From the NCBI GenBank assembly GCA_964057225.1, contig OZ059894.1, positions 22,940,001 through 23,004,000 on the forward strand: a stretch of 64,000 bases of DNA, read 5' to 3'. The DNA is from Auanema rhodensis (lineage: Eukaryota; Animalia; Nematoda). The position numbers and the translations under genes were made by a program. Shown here piece by piece: positions 1 through 13,338 of the stretch (position 1 is its first letter; every line of letters starts with the position of its first letter). The notes beneath the pieces were generated by a model. It searched no databases, was not told where the DNA came from, and was given only the letters and a program-made list of their open reading frames with translations.

Positions 1-166
1 CATGTACACTCAACATTGCTTCCAAAAACATTTTGACAAAAATTTTTTCGGAGAATTTCAAAATAATTTAGCAAAAAGTAAATGTTTTTAGATTCCTTTT
101 TTCAAGGCAAAGACGATGGACAATGTTATTCAACGAAAAAATTATTCCTTCAGGGTGAAAATCGAG

Positions 167-188
167 GATATAAGTGTGAACTTATATC
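167..188. repeat. Intra-monomer perfect 8-bp inverted repeat with 6-nt loop
   Basis: GATATAAG-tgtgaa-CTTATATC. It overlaps a second dyad, ATATCA-gt-TGATAT (184-197). Confidence 0.9.
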
Positions 189-198
189 AGTTGATATC

Positions 199-265
199 TC
201 GGTGCATTTTTAAGCTAGCGCAAATCTGATAACAGAGATCGACGCAGCTTAAAAATCCGCATCGA
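199..265. repeat. Intra-monomer imperfect inverted repeat (longest hairpin; repeated in each monomer)
   Basis: ATTTTTAAGCT (206-216) is the exact reverse complement of AGCTTAAAAAT (246-256). Inner pairs are GCG/CGC and ATCTG/CAGAT (consensus; copy 1 has a variant at 235). The outer pair is TCGGTGC/GCATCGA with one G-T. GTGCATT (202-208) can alternatively pair with AATGCAC (265-271). Confidence 0.9.
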
Positions 266-339
266 ATGCACTATACTACATTGAGAAACGCTTAATACAA
301 AAATTAGTTATGATCGTTTGAAAAATGATGCATTAGTGT

Positions 340-367
340 ATGTTGAGTTTCCATGTACACTCAACAT
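340..367. repeat. Perfect 9-bp inverted repeat with 10-nt loop (recurs every monomer)
   Basis: ATGTTGAGT-ttccatgtac-ACTCAACAT. An alternative pairing is AGTGTA (335-340) with TACACT (356-361). Confidence 0.9.
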
Positions 368-478
368 TGCTTCCAAAAACATTTTGACAAAAATTTTTTC
401 GAAAAATTTCAAAATAATTTAGCAAAAAGTAGATGTTTTTAGATTCCTTTATTCAAAGCAAAGACGATGGACAATGTT
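363..478. repeat. Degenerate nested palindrome covering monomer positions 12-127, centred on TTTTTCGAAAAA
   Basis: Read in monomer 2. The core TTTTTCGAAAAA is a perfect 12-bp palindrome, flanked by nested complementary pairs TTTTGA/TCAAAA, AAAAACAT/ATGTTTTT, TCCA/TGGA and AACATTG/CAATGTT, with unequal spacing. Confidence 0.7.
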
Positions 479-3400
479 ATTCAACGAAAAAATTAATTCT
501 TCAGGGTGAAAATCGAGGATATAAGTGTGAACTTATATCAGTTGATATCTCGGTGCATTTTTAAGCTAGCGCAAATCTGATAACACAGATCGACGCAGCT
601 TAAAAATCCGCATCGAATGCACTATACTACATTGAGAAACGCATAATACAAAAATTAGTTATGATCGTTTGAAAAATGATGCATTAGTGTATGTTGAGTT
701 TCCATGTACACTCAACATTGCTTCCAAAAACATTTTGACAAAAATTTTTTCGAAAAATTTCAAAATAATTTAGCAAAAATTAGATGTTTTTAGATTCCAT
801 TTTTCAAGGCAAAGACGATGGACAATGTTATTCAACGAAAAAATTAATTCTTCAGGGTGAAAATCGAGGATATAAGTGTGAACTTATATCAGTTGATATC
901 TCGGTGCATTTTTAAGCTAGCGCAAATCTGATAACACAGATCGACGCAGCTTAAAAATCCGCATCGAATGCACTATACTACATTGAGAAACGCTTAATAC
1001 AAAAATTAGTTATGATCGTTTGAAAAATGATGCATTAGTGTATGTTGAGTTTCCATGTACACTCAACATTGCTTCCAAAAACATTTTGACAAAAATTTTT
1101 TCGAAAAATTTCAAAATAATTTAGCAAAAAGTAGATGTTCTTAGATTCCTTTTTTCAAGGCAAAGACGATGGACAATGTTATTCAACGAAAAAATTATTC
1201 CTTCAGGGTGAAAATCGAGGATATAAGTGTGAACTTATATCAGTTGATATCTCGGTGCATTTTTAAGCTGACGCAAATCTGATAACACAGATCGACGCAG
1301 CTTAAAAATCCGCATCGAATGCACTATACTACATTGAGAAACGCTTGATACAAAAATTAGTTATGATCGTTTGAAAAATGATGCATTAGTGTATGTTGAG
1401 TTTCCATGTACACTCAACATTGCTTCCAAAAACATTTTGACAAAATTTTTTTCGAAAAATTTCAGAATAATTTAGCAAAAAGTAGATGTTTTTAGATTCC
1501 ATTTTTCAAGGCAAAGACGATGGACAATGTTATTCAACGAAAAAATTAATTCTTCAGGGTGAAAATCGAGGATATAAGTGTGAACTTATATCAGTTGATA
1601 TCTCGGTGCATTTTTAAGCTAGCGCAAATCTGATAACACAGATCGACGCAGCTTAAAAATCCGCATCGAATGCACTATACTACATTGAGAAACGCTTAAT
1701 ACAAAAATTAGTTATGATCGTTTGAAAAATGATGCATTAGTGTATGTTGAGTTTCCATGTACACTCAACATTGCTTCCAAAAACATTTTGACAAAAATTT
1801 TTTCGAAAAATTTCAAAATAATTTAGCAAAAATTAGATGTTTTTAGATTCCATTTTTCAAGGCAAAGACGATGGACAATGTTATTCAACGAAAAAATTAT
1901 TTCTTCAGGGTGAAAATCGAGGATATAAGTGTGAACTTATATCAGTTGATATCTCGGTGCATTTTTAAGCTAGCGCAAATCTGATAACACAGATCGACGC
2001 AGCTTAAAAATCCGCATTGAATGCACTATACTACATTGAGAAACGCTTAATACAAAAATTAGTTATGATCGTTTGAAAAATGATGCATTAGTGTATGTTG
2101 AGTTTCCATGTACACTCAACATTGCTTCCAAAAACATTTTGACAAAAATTTTTTCGAAAAATTTCAAAATAATTAAGCAAAAAGTAGATGTTTTTAGATT
2201 CCTTTTTTCAAGGCAAAGACGATGGACAATGTAATTCAACGAAAAAATTAATTCTTCAGGGTGAAAATCGAGGATATAAGTGTGAACATATATCAGTTGA
2301 TATCTTGGTGCATTTTTAAGCTAGCGCAAATCTGATAACACAGATCGACGCAGCTCAAAAATCCGCATCGAATGCACTATACTACATTGAGAAACGCTTG
2401 ATACAAAAATTAGTTATGATCGTTTGAAAAATGATGCATTAGTGTATGTTGAGTTTCCATGTACACTCAACATTGCTTCCAAAAACATTTTGACAAAAAT
2501 TTTTTCGAAAAATTTCAAAATAATTTAGCAAAAAGTAGATGTTTTCAGATTCCTTTTTTCAAGGCAAAGACGATGGACAATGTTATTCAACGAAAAAATT
2601 AATTCTTCAGGGTGAAAATCGAGGATATAAGTGTGAACTTATATCAGTTGATATCTCGGTGCATTTTTAAGCTAGCGCAAATCTGATAACACAGATCGAC
2701 GCAGCTTAAAAATCCGCATCGAATGCACTATACTACATTGAGAAACGCTTAATACAAAAATTAGTTATGATCGTTTGAAAAATGATGCATTAGTGTATAT
2801 TGAAATTCCATGTACACTCAACATTGCTTCCAAAAACATTTTGACTAAAATTTTTTTGAAAAATTTCAAAATAATTTAGCAAAAAGTAGATGTTTTTAGA
2901 TTCCTTTTTTCAAGGCAAAGACGATGGACAATGTAATTCAACGAAAAAATTAATTCTTCAGGGTGAAAATCGAGGATATAAGTGTAAACATATATCAGTT
3001 GATATCTTGGTGCATTTTTAAGCTAGCGCAAATCTGATAACACAGATCGACGCAGCTCAAAAATCCGCATCGAATGCACTATACTACATTGAGAAACGCT
3101 TAATACAAAAATTAGTTATGATCGTTTGAAAAATGATGCATTAGTGTATGTTGAGTTTCCATGTACACTCAACATTGCTTCCAAAAACATTTTGACAAAA
3201 ATTTTTTCGAAAAATTTCAAAATAATTTAGCAAAAAGTAGATGTTTTCAGATTCCTTTTTTCAAGGCAAAGACGATGGACAATGTTATTCAACGAAAAAA
3301 TTAATTCTTCAGGGTGAAAATCGAGGATATAAGTGTGAACTTATATCAGTTGATATCTCGGTGCATTTTTAAGCTAGCGCAAATCTGATAACACAGATCG

Positions 3401-3861
3401 ACGCAGCTTAAAAATCCGCATCGAATGCACTATACTACATTGAGAAACGCTTGATACAAAAATTAGTTATGATCGTTTGAAAAATGATGCATTAGTGTAT
3501 GTTGAGTTTCCATGTACACTCAACATTGCTTCCAAAAACATTTTGACAAAAATTTTTTCGAAAAATTTCAAAATAATTTAGCAAAAAGTAGATGTTTTTA
3601 GATTCCTTTTTTCAAGGCAAAGACGATGGACAATGTTATTCAACGAAAAAATTAATTTTTCAGGGTGAAAATCGAGGATATAAGTGTGAACTTATATCAG
3701 TTGATATCTCGGTGCATTTTTAAGCTAGCGCAAATCTGATAACACAGATCGACGCAGCTTAAAAATCCGCATCGAATGCACTATACTACATTGAGAAACG
3801 CTTAATACAAAAATTAGTTATGATCGTTTGAAAAATGATGCATTAGTGTATGTTGAGTTTC

Positions 3862-6800
3862 CATGTACACTCAACATTGCTTCCAAAAATATTTTGACAA
3901 AAATTTTTTCGAAAAATTTCAGAATAATTTAGCAAAAAGTAGATGTTTTTAGATTCCATTTTTCAAGGCAAAGACGATGGACAATGTTATTCAACGAAAA
4001 AATTAATTCTTCAGGGTGAAAATCGAGGATATAAGTGTGAACTTATATCAGTTGATATCTCGGTGCATTTTTAAGCTAGCGCAAATCTGATAACACAGAT
4101 CGACGCAGCTTAAAAATCCGCATCGAATGCACTATATTACATTGAGAAACGCTTAATACAAAAATTAGTTATGATCGTTTGAAAAATGATGCATTAGTGT
4201 ATGTTGAGTTCCCATGTACACTCAACATTGCTTCCAAAAACATTTTGACAAAAATTTTTTCGGAGAATTTCAAAATAATTTAGCAAAAAGTAAATGTTTT
4301 TAGATTCCTTTTTTCAAGGCAAAGACGATGGACAATGTTATTCAACGAAAAAATTATTCCTTCAGGGTGAAAATCGAGGATATAAGTGTGAACTTATATC
4401 AGTTGATATCTCGGTGCATTTTTAAGCTAGCGCAAATCTGATAACAGAGATCGACGCAGCTTAAAAATCCGCATCGAATGCACTATACTACATTGAGAAA
4501 CGCTTAATACAAAAATTAGTTATGATCGTTTGAAAAATGATGCATTAGTGTATGTTGAGTTTCCATGTACACTCAACATTGCTTCCAAAAACATTTTGAC
4601 AAAAATTTTTTCGAAAAATTTCAAAATAATTTAGCAAAAAGTAGATGTTTTTAGATTCCTTTATTCAAAGCAAAGACGATGGACAATGTTATTCAACGAA
4701 AAAATTAATTCTTCAGGGTGAAAATCGAGGATATAAGTGTGAACTTATATCAGTTGATATCTCGGTGCATTTTTAAGCTAGCGCAAATCTGATAACACAG
4801 ATCGACGCAGCTTAAAAATCCGCATCGAATGCACTATACTACATTGAGAAACGCTTAATACAAAAATTAGTTATGATCGTTTGAAAAATGATGCATTAGT
4901 GTATGTTGAGTTTCCATGTACACTCAACATTGCTTCCAAAAATATTTTGACAAAAATTTTTTCGAAAAATTTCAGAATAATTTAGCAAAAAGTAGATGTT
5001 TTTAGATTCCATTTTTCAAGGCAAAGACGATGGACAATGTTATTCAACGAAAAAATTAATTCTTCAGGGTGAAAATCGAGGATATAAGTGTGAACTTATA
5101 TCAGTTGATATCTCGGTGCATTTTTAAGCTAGCGCAAATCTGATAACACAGATCGACGCAGCTTAAAAATCCGCATCGAATGCACTATATTACATTGAGA
5201 AACGCTTAATACAAAAATTAGTTATGATCGTTTGAAAAATGATGCATTAGTGTATGTTGAGTTCCCATGTACACTCAACATTGCTTCCAAAAACATTTTG
5301 ACAAAAATTTTTTCGGAGAATTTCAAAATAATTTAGCAAAAAGTAAATGTTTTTAGATTCCTTTTTTCAAGGCAAAGACGATGGACAATGTTATTCAACG
5401 AAAAAATTATTCCTTCAGGGTGAAAATCGAGGATATAAGTGTGAACTTATATCAGTTGATATCTCGGTGCATTTTTAAGCTAGCGCAAATCTGATAACAG
5501 AGATCGACGCAGCTTAAAAATCCGCATCGAATGCACTATACTACATTGAGAAACGCTTAATACAAAAATTAGTTATGATCGTTTGAAAAATGATGCATTA
5601 GTGTATGTTGAGTTTCCATGTACACTCAACATTGCTTCCAAAAACATTTTGACAAAAATTTTTTCGAAAAATTTCAAAATAATTTAGCAAAAAGTAGATG
5701 TTTTTAGATTCCTTTATTCAAAGCAAAGACGATGGACAATGTTATTCAACGAAAAAATTAATTCTTCAGGGTGAAAATCGAGGATATAAGTGTGAACTTA
5801 TATCAGTTGATATCTCGGTGCATTTTTAAGCTAGCGCAAATCTGATAACACAGATCGACGCAGCTTAAAAATCCGCATCGAATGCACTATACTACATTGA
5901 GAAACGCTTAATACAAAAATTAGTTATGATCGTTTGAAAAATGATGCATTAGTGTATGTTGAGTTTCCATGTACACTCAACATTGCTTCCAAAAACATTT
6001 TGACAAAAATTTTTTCGAAAAATTTCAAAATAATTTAGCAAAAATTAGATGTTTTTAGATTCCATTTTTCAAGGCAAAGACGATGGACAATGTTATTCAA
6101 CGAAAAAATTATTTCTTCAGGGTGAAAATCGAGGATATAAGTGTGAACTTATATCAGTTGATATCTCGGTGCATTTTTAAGCTAGCGCAAATCTGATAAC
6201 ACAGATCGACGCAGCTCAAAAATCCGCATCGAATGCACTATACTACATTGAGAAACGCTTGATACAAAAATTAGTTATGATCGTTTGAAAAATGATGCAT
6301 TAGTGTATGTTGAGTTTCCATGTACACTCAACATTGCTTCCAAAAACATTTTGACAAAAATTTTTTCGAAAAATTTCAAAATAATTTAGCAAAAAGTAGA
6401 TGTTTTCAGATTCCTTTTTTCAAGGCAAAGACGATGGACAATGTTATTCAACGAAAAAATTAATTCTTCAGGGTGAAAATCGAGGATATAAGTGTGAACT
6501 TATATCAGTTGATATCTCGGTGCATTTTTAAGCTAGCGCAAATCTGATAACACAGATCGACGCAGCTTAAAAATCCGCATCGAATGCACTATACTACATT
6601 GAGAAACGCTTAATACAAAAATTAGTTATGATCGTTTGAAAAATGATGCATTAGTGTATGTTGAGTTCCCATGTACACTCAACATTGCTTCCAAAAACAT
6701 TTTGACAAAAATTTTTTCGGAGAATTTCAAAATAATTTAGCAAAAAGTAAATGTTTTTAGATTCCTTTTTTCAAGGCAAAGACGATGGACAATGTTATTC

Positions 6801-8073
6801 AACGAAAAAATTATTCCTTCAGGGTGAAAATCGAGGATATAAGTGTGAACTTATATCAGTTGATATCTCGGTGCATTTTTAAGCTAGCGCAAATCTGATA
6901 ACAGAGATCGACGCAGCTTAAAAATCCGCATCGAATGCACTATACTACATTGAGAAACGCTTAATACAAAAATTAGTTATGATCGTTTGAAAAATGATGC
7001 ATTAGTGTATGTTGAGTTTCCATGTACACTCAACATTGCTTCCAAAAACATTTTGACAAAAATTTTTTCGAAAAATTTCAAAATAATTTAGCAAAAATTA
7101 GATGTTTTTAGATTCCATTTTTCAAGGCAAAGACGATGGACAATGTTATTCAACGAAAAAATTATTTCTTCAGGGTGAAAATCGAGGATATAAGTGTGAA
7201 CTTATATCAGTTGATATCTCGGTGCATTTTTAAGCTAGCGCAAATCTGATAACACAGATCGACGCAGCTCAAAAATCCGCATCGAATGCACTATACTACA
7301 TTGAGAAACGCTTGATACAAAAATTAGTTATGATCGTTTGAAAAATGATGCATTAGTGTATGTTGAGTTTCCATGTACACTCAACATTGCTTCCAAAAAC
7401 ATTTTGACAAAAATTTTTTCGAAAAATTTCAAAATAATTTAGCAAAAAGTAGATGTTTTCAGATTCCTTTTTTCAAGGCAAAGACGATGGACAATGTTAT
7501 TCAACGAAAAAATTAATTCTTCAGGGTGAAAATCGAGGATATAAGTGTGAACTTATATCAGTTGATATCTCGGTGCATTTTTAAGCTAGCGCAAATCTGA
7601 TAACACAGATCGACGCAGCTTAAAAATCCGCATCGAATGCACTATACTACATTGAGAAACGCTTAATACAAAAATTAGTTATGATCGTTTGAAAAATGAT
7701 GCATTAGTGTATGTTGAGTTCCCATGTACACTCAACATTGCTTCCAAAAACATTTTGACAAAAATTTTTTCGGAGAATTTCAAAATAATTTAGCAAAAAG
7801 TAAATGTTTTTAGATTCCTTTTTTCAAGGCAAAGACGATGGACAATGTTATTCAACGAAAAAATTATTCCTTCAGGGTGAAAATCGAGGATATAAGTGTG
7901 AACTTATATCAGTTGATATCTCGGTGCATTTTTAAGCTAGCGCAAATCTGATAACACAGATCGACGCAGCTCAAAAATCCGCATCGAATGCACTATACTA
8001 CATTGAGAAAAGCTTAATACAAAAATTAGTTATGATCGTTTGAAAAATGATGCATTAGTGTATGTTGAGTTTC
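3862..8073 (+). repeat. Two consecutive tandem trimer duplications (1053-bp period)
   Basis: 3862-4914 = 4915-5967 (shared AAAAATATTTT, TTTCAGAAT, TATATTAC, CGGAGAA, TTATTCAAAGC). 5968-7020 is nearly identical to 7021-8073 (AAAATTAGAT, GCTCAAAA, TTTTCAGA, CGGAGAA). Confidence 0.85.
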
Positions 8074-9126
8074 CATGTATACTCAACATTGCTTCCAAAA
8101 ACATTTTGACAAAAATTTTTTCGAAAAATTTCAAAATAATTTAGCAAAAAGTAGATGTTTTTAGATTCCATTTTTCAAGGCAAAGACGATAGACAATGTT
8201 ATTCAACGAAAAAATTAATTTTTCAGGGTGAAAATCGAGGATATAAGTGTGAACTTATATCAGTTGATATCTCGGTGCATTTTTAAGCTAGCGCAAATCT
8301 GATAACACAGATCGACGCAGCTTAAAAATCCGCATCGAATGCACTATACTACATTGAGAAACGCTTAATACAAAAATTAGTTATGATCGTTTGAAAAATG
8401 ATGCATTAGTGTATGTTGAGTTTCCATGTACACTCAACATTGCTTCCAAAAACATTTTGACAAAAATTTTTTCGAAAAATTTCAAAATAATTTAGCAAAA
8501 AGTAGATGTTTTTAGATTCCATTTTTCAAGGCAAAGACGATGGACAATGTTATGCAACGAAAAAATTAATTCTTCAGGGTGAAAATCGAGGATATAAGTG
8601 TGAACTTATATCAGTTGATATCTCGGTGCATTTTTAAGCTAGCGCAAATCTGATAACACAGATCGACGCAGCTTAAAAATCCGCATCGAATGCACTATAC
8701 TATATTGAGAAACGCTTAATACAAAAATTAGTTATGATCGTTTGAAAAATGATGCATTAGTGTATGTTGAGTTTCCATGTACACTCAACATTGCTTCCAA
8801 AAACATTTTGACAAAAATTTTTTCGAAAAATTTCAAAATAATTTAGCAAAAAGTAGATGTTTTTAGATTCCTTTTTTCAAGGCAAAGACGATGGACAATG
8901 TTATTCAACGAAAAAATTATTTCTTCAGGGTGAAAATCGAGGATATAAGTGTGAACCTATATCAGTTGATTTCTCGGTGCATTTTTAAGCTAGCGCAAAT
9001 CTGATAACACAGATCGACGCAACTTAAAAATCCGCATCGAATGCACTATACTACATTGAGAAACGCTTGATACAAAAATTAGTTATGATCGTTTGAAAAA
9101 TGATGCATTAGTGTATGTTGAGTTTC

Positions 9127-11232
9127 CATGTACACTCAACATTGCTTCCAAAAACATTTTGACAAAAATTTTTTCGAAAATTTTCAAAAGAATTTAGCAA
9201 AAAGTAGATGTTTTTAGATTCCATTTTTCAAGGCAAAGACGATGGACAATGTTATTCAACGAAAAAATTATTTCTTCAGGGTGAAAATCGAGGATATAAG
9301 TGTGAACTTATATCAGTTGATATCTCGGTGCATTTTTAAGCTAGCGCAAATCTGATAACACAGATCGACGCAGCTTAAAAATCCGCATTGAATGCACTAT
9401 ACTACATTGAGAAACGCTTAATACAAAAATTAGTTATGATCGTTTGAAAAATGATGCATTAGTGTATGTTGAGTTTCCATGTACACTCAACATTGCTTCC
9501 AAAAACATTTTGACAAAAATTTTTTCGAAAAATTTCAAAATAATTTAGCAAAAAGTAGATGTTTTTAGATTCCTTTTTTCAAGGCAAAGACGATGGACAA
9601 TGTTATTCAACGAAAAAATTAATTCTTCAGGGTGAAAATCGAGGATATAAGTGTGAACTTATATCAGTTGATATCTCGGTGCATTTTTAAGCTGACGCAA
9701 ATCTGATAACACAGATCGACGCAGCTTAAAAATCCGCATCGAATGCACTATACTACATTGAGAAACGCTTGATACAAAAATTAGTTATGATCGTTTGAAA
9801 AATGATGCATTAGTGTATGTTGAGTTTCCATGTACACTCAACATTGCTTCCAAAAACATTTTGACAAAAATTTTTTCGAAAATTTTCAAAAGAATTTAGC
9901 AAAAAGTAGATGTTTTTAGATTCCATTTTTCAAGGCAAAGACGATGGACAATGTTATTCAACGAAAAAATTATTTCTTCAGGGTGAAAATCGAGGATATA
10001 AGTGTGAACTTATATCAGTTGATATCTCGGTGCATTTTTAAGCTAGCGCAAATCTGATAACACAGATCGACGCAGCTTAAAAATCCGCATTGAATGCACT
10101 ATACTACATTGAGAAACGCTTAATACAAAAATTAGTTATGATCGTTTGAAAAATGATGCATTAGTGTATGTTGAGTTTCCATGTACACTCAACATTGCTT
10201 CCAAAAACATTTTGACAAAAATTTTTTCGAAAAATTTCAAAATAATTTAGCAAAAAGTAGATGTTTTTAGATTCCTTTTTTCAAGGCAAAGACGATGGAC
10301 AATGTTATTCAACGAAAAAATTAATTCTTCAGGGTGAAAATCGAGGATATAAGTGTGAACTTATATCAGTTGATATCTCGGTGCATTTTTAAGCTGACGC
10401 AAATCTGATAACACAGATCGACGCAGCTTAAAAATCCGCATCGAATGCACTATACTACATTGAGAAACGCTTGATACAAAAATTAGTTATGATCGTTTGA
10501 AAAATGATGCATTAGTGTATGTTGAGTTTCCATGTACACTCAACATTGCTTCCAAAAACATTTTGACAAAAATTTTTTCGAAAAATTTCAAAATAATTTA
10601 GCAAAAAGTAGATGTTTTTAGATTCCATTTTTCAAGGCAAAGACGATGGACAATGTTATTCAACGAAAAAATTATTTCTTCAGGGTGAAAATCGAGGATA
10701 TAAGTGTGAACTTATATCAGTTGATATCTCGGTGCATTTTTAAGCTAGCGCAAATCTGATAACACAGATCGACGCAGCTTAAAAATCCGCATTGAATGCA
10801 CTATACTACATTGAGAAACGCTTAATACAAAAATTAGTTATGATCGTTTGAAAAATGATGCATTAGTGTATGTTGAGTTTCCATGTACACTCAACATTGC
10901 TTCCAAAAACATTTTGACAAAAATTTTTTCGAAAAATTTCAAAATAATTTAGCAAAAAGTAGATGTTTTTAGATTCCTTTTTTCAAGGCAAAGACGATGG
11001 ACAATGTTATTCAACGAAAAAATTAATTCTTCAGGGTGAAAATCGAGGATATAAGTGTGAACTTATATCAGTTGATATCTCGGTGCATTTTTAAGCTGAC
11101 GCAAATCTGATAACACAGATCGACGCAGCTTAAAAATCCGCATCGAATGCACTATACTACATTGAGAAACGCTTGATACAAAAATTAGTTATGATCGTTT
11201 GAAAAATGATGCATTAGTGTATGTTGAGTTTC
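9127..11232 (+). repeat. Dimer (702 bp) repeated about three times
   Basis: Monomers alternate between one with CGCATTGAAT and one with AAGCTGACGC. The first two dimers also share AAAATTTTCAAAAGAAT. Confidence 0.85.
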
Positions 11233-13338
11233 CATGTACACTCAACATTGCTTCCAAAAACATTTTGACAAAAATTTTTTCGAAAAATTTCAAAATAATT
11301 TAGCAAAAAGTAGATGTTTTTAGATTCCATTTTTCAAGGCAAAGACGATGGACAATGTTATTCAACGAAAAAATTAATTCTTCAGGGTGAAAATCGAGGA
11401 TATAAGTGTGAACTTATATCAGTTGATATCTCGGTGCATTTTTAAGCTAGCGCAAATCTGATAACACAGATCGACGCAGCTTAAAAATCCGCATCGAATG
11501 CACTATACTACATTGAGAAACGCTTAATACAAAAATTAGTTATGATCGTTTGAAAAATGATGCATTAGTGTATGTTGAGTTTCCATGTACACTCAACATT
11601 GCTTCCAAAAACATTTTGACAAAAATTTTTTCGAAAAATTTCAAAATAATTTAGCAAAAAGTAGATGTTTTTAGATTCCTTTTTTCAAGGCAAAGACGAT
11701 GGACAATGTTATTCAACGAAAAAATTATTTCTTCAGGGTGAAAATCGAGGATATAAGTGTGAACCTATATCAGTTGATTTCTCGGTGCATTTTTAAGCTA
11801 GCGCAAATCTGATAACACAGATCGACGCAGCTTAAAAATCCGCATCGAATGCACTATACTACATTGAGAAACGCTTGATACAAAAATTAGTTATGATCGT
11901 TTGAAAAATGATGCATTAGTGTATGTTGAGTTTCCATGTACACTCAACATTGCTTCCAAAAACATTTTGACAAAAATTTTTTCGAAAATTTTCAAAAGAA
12001 TTTAGCAAAAAGTAGATGTTTTTAGATTCCATTTTTCAAGGCAAAGACGATGGACAATGTTATTCAACGAAAAAATTATTTCTTCAGGGTGAAAATCGAG
12101 GATATAAGTGTGAACTTATATCAGTTGATATCTCGGTGCATTTTTAAGTTAGCGCAAATCTGATAACACAGATCGACGCAGCTTAAAAATCCGCAGCGAA
12201 TGCACTATACTACATTGAGAAACGCTTGATACAAAAATTAGTTATGATCGTTTGAAAAATGATGCATTAGTGTATGTTGAGTTTCCATGTACACTCAACA
12301 TTGCTTCCAAAAACATTTTGACTAAAATTTTTTCGAAAAATTTCAAAATAATTTAGCAAAAAGTAGATGTTTTTAGATTCCTTTTTTCAAGGCAAAGACG
12401 ATGGACAATGTTATTCAACGAAAAAATTATTTCTTCAGGGTGAAAATCGAGGATATAAGTGTGAACTTATATCAGTTGATATCTCGGTGCATTTTTAAGT
12501 TAGCGCAAATCTGATAACACAGATCGACGCAGCTTAAAAATTCGCAGCGAATGCACTATACTACATTGAGAAACGCTTGATACAAAAATTAGTTATGATC
12601 GTTTGAAAAATGATGCATTAGTGTATGTTGAGTTTCCATGTACACTCAACATTGCTTCCAAAAACATTTTGACTAAAATTTTTTTGAAAAATTTCAAAAT
12701 AATTTAGCAAAAAGTAGATGTTTTTAGATTCCTTTTTTCAAGGCAAAGACGATGGACAATGTTATTCAACGAAAAAATTAATTCTTCAGGGTGAAAATCG
12801 AGGATATAAGTGTGAAATTATATCAGTTGATATCTCGGTGCATTTTTAAGCTAGCGCAAATCTGATAACACAGATCGACGCAGCTTAAAAATCCGCATCG
12901 AATGCACTCTACTACATTGAGAAACGCTTAATACAAAAATTAGTTATGATCGTTTGAAAAATGATGCATTAGTGTATGTTGAGTTTCCATGTACACTCAA
13001 TATTGCTTCCAAAAACATTTTGACAAAAATTTTTTCGAAAAATTTCAAAATAATTTAGCAAAAAGTAGTTGTTTTTAGATTCCTTTTTTCAAGGCAAAGA
13101 CGATGGACAATGTTATTCAACGAAAAAATTATTTCTTCAGGGTGAAAATCGAGGATATAAGTGTGAACTTATATCAGTTGATATCTCGGCGCATTTTTAA
13201 GCTAGCGCAAATCTGATAACACAGATCGACGCAGCTTAAAAATCCGCATCGAATGCACTATACTACATTGAGAAACGCTTGATACAAAAATTAGTTATGA
13301 TCGTTTGAAAAATGATGCATTAGTGTATGTTGAGTTTC

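Noticed and set aside
122-138. CENP-B-box-like motif on the minus strand (TTTCGTTGAATAACATT)
   Set aside because: It matches the TTCGnnnnA half of the canonical box but lacks the essential CGGG, so it is not supportable as a CENP-B box.
1-351. Tandem 5S rRNA, tRNA, snRNA or spliced-leader gene unit
   Set aside because: I recognise no such sequence, cloverleaf or convincing Pol III A/B/C boxes. An Rfam/Infernal search would be needed to exclude it formally.
1-351. Monomer as a dimer of ~175-bp subunits
   Set aside because: I could not align the two halves by eye beyond recurring short AAAAAT tracts.
1-351. Assignment to a named satellite family (e.g. ~350-360-bp insect satellites)
   Set aside because: Only length and AT-richness are similar. 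I do not recognise the sequence and cannot run a search.
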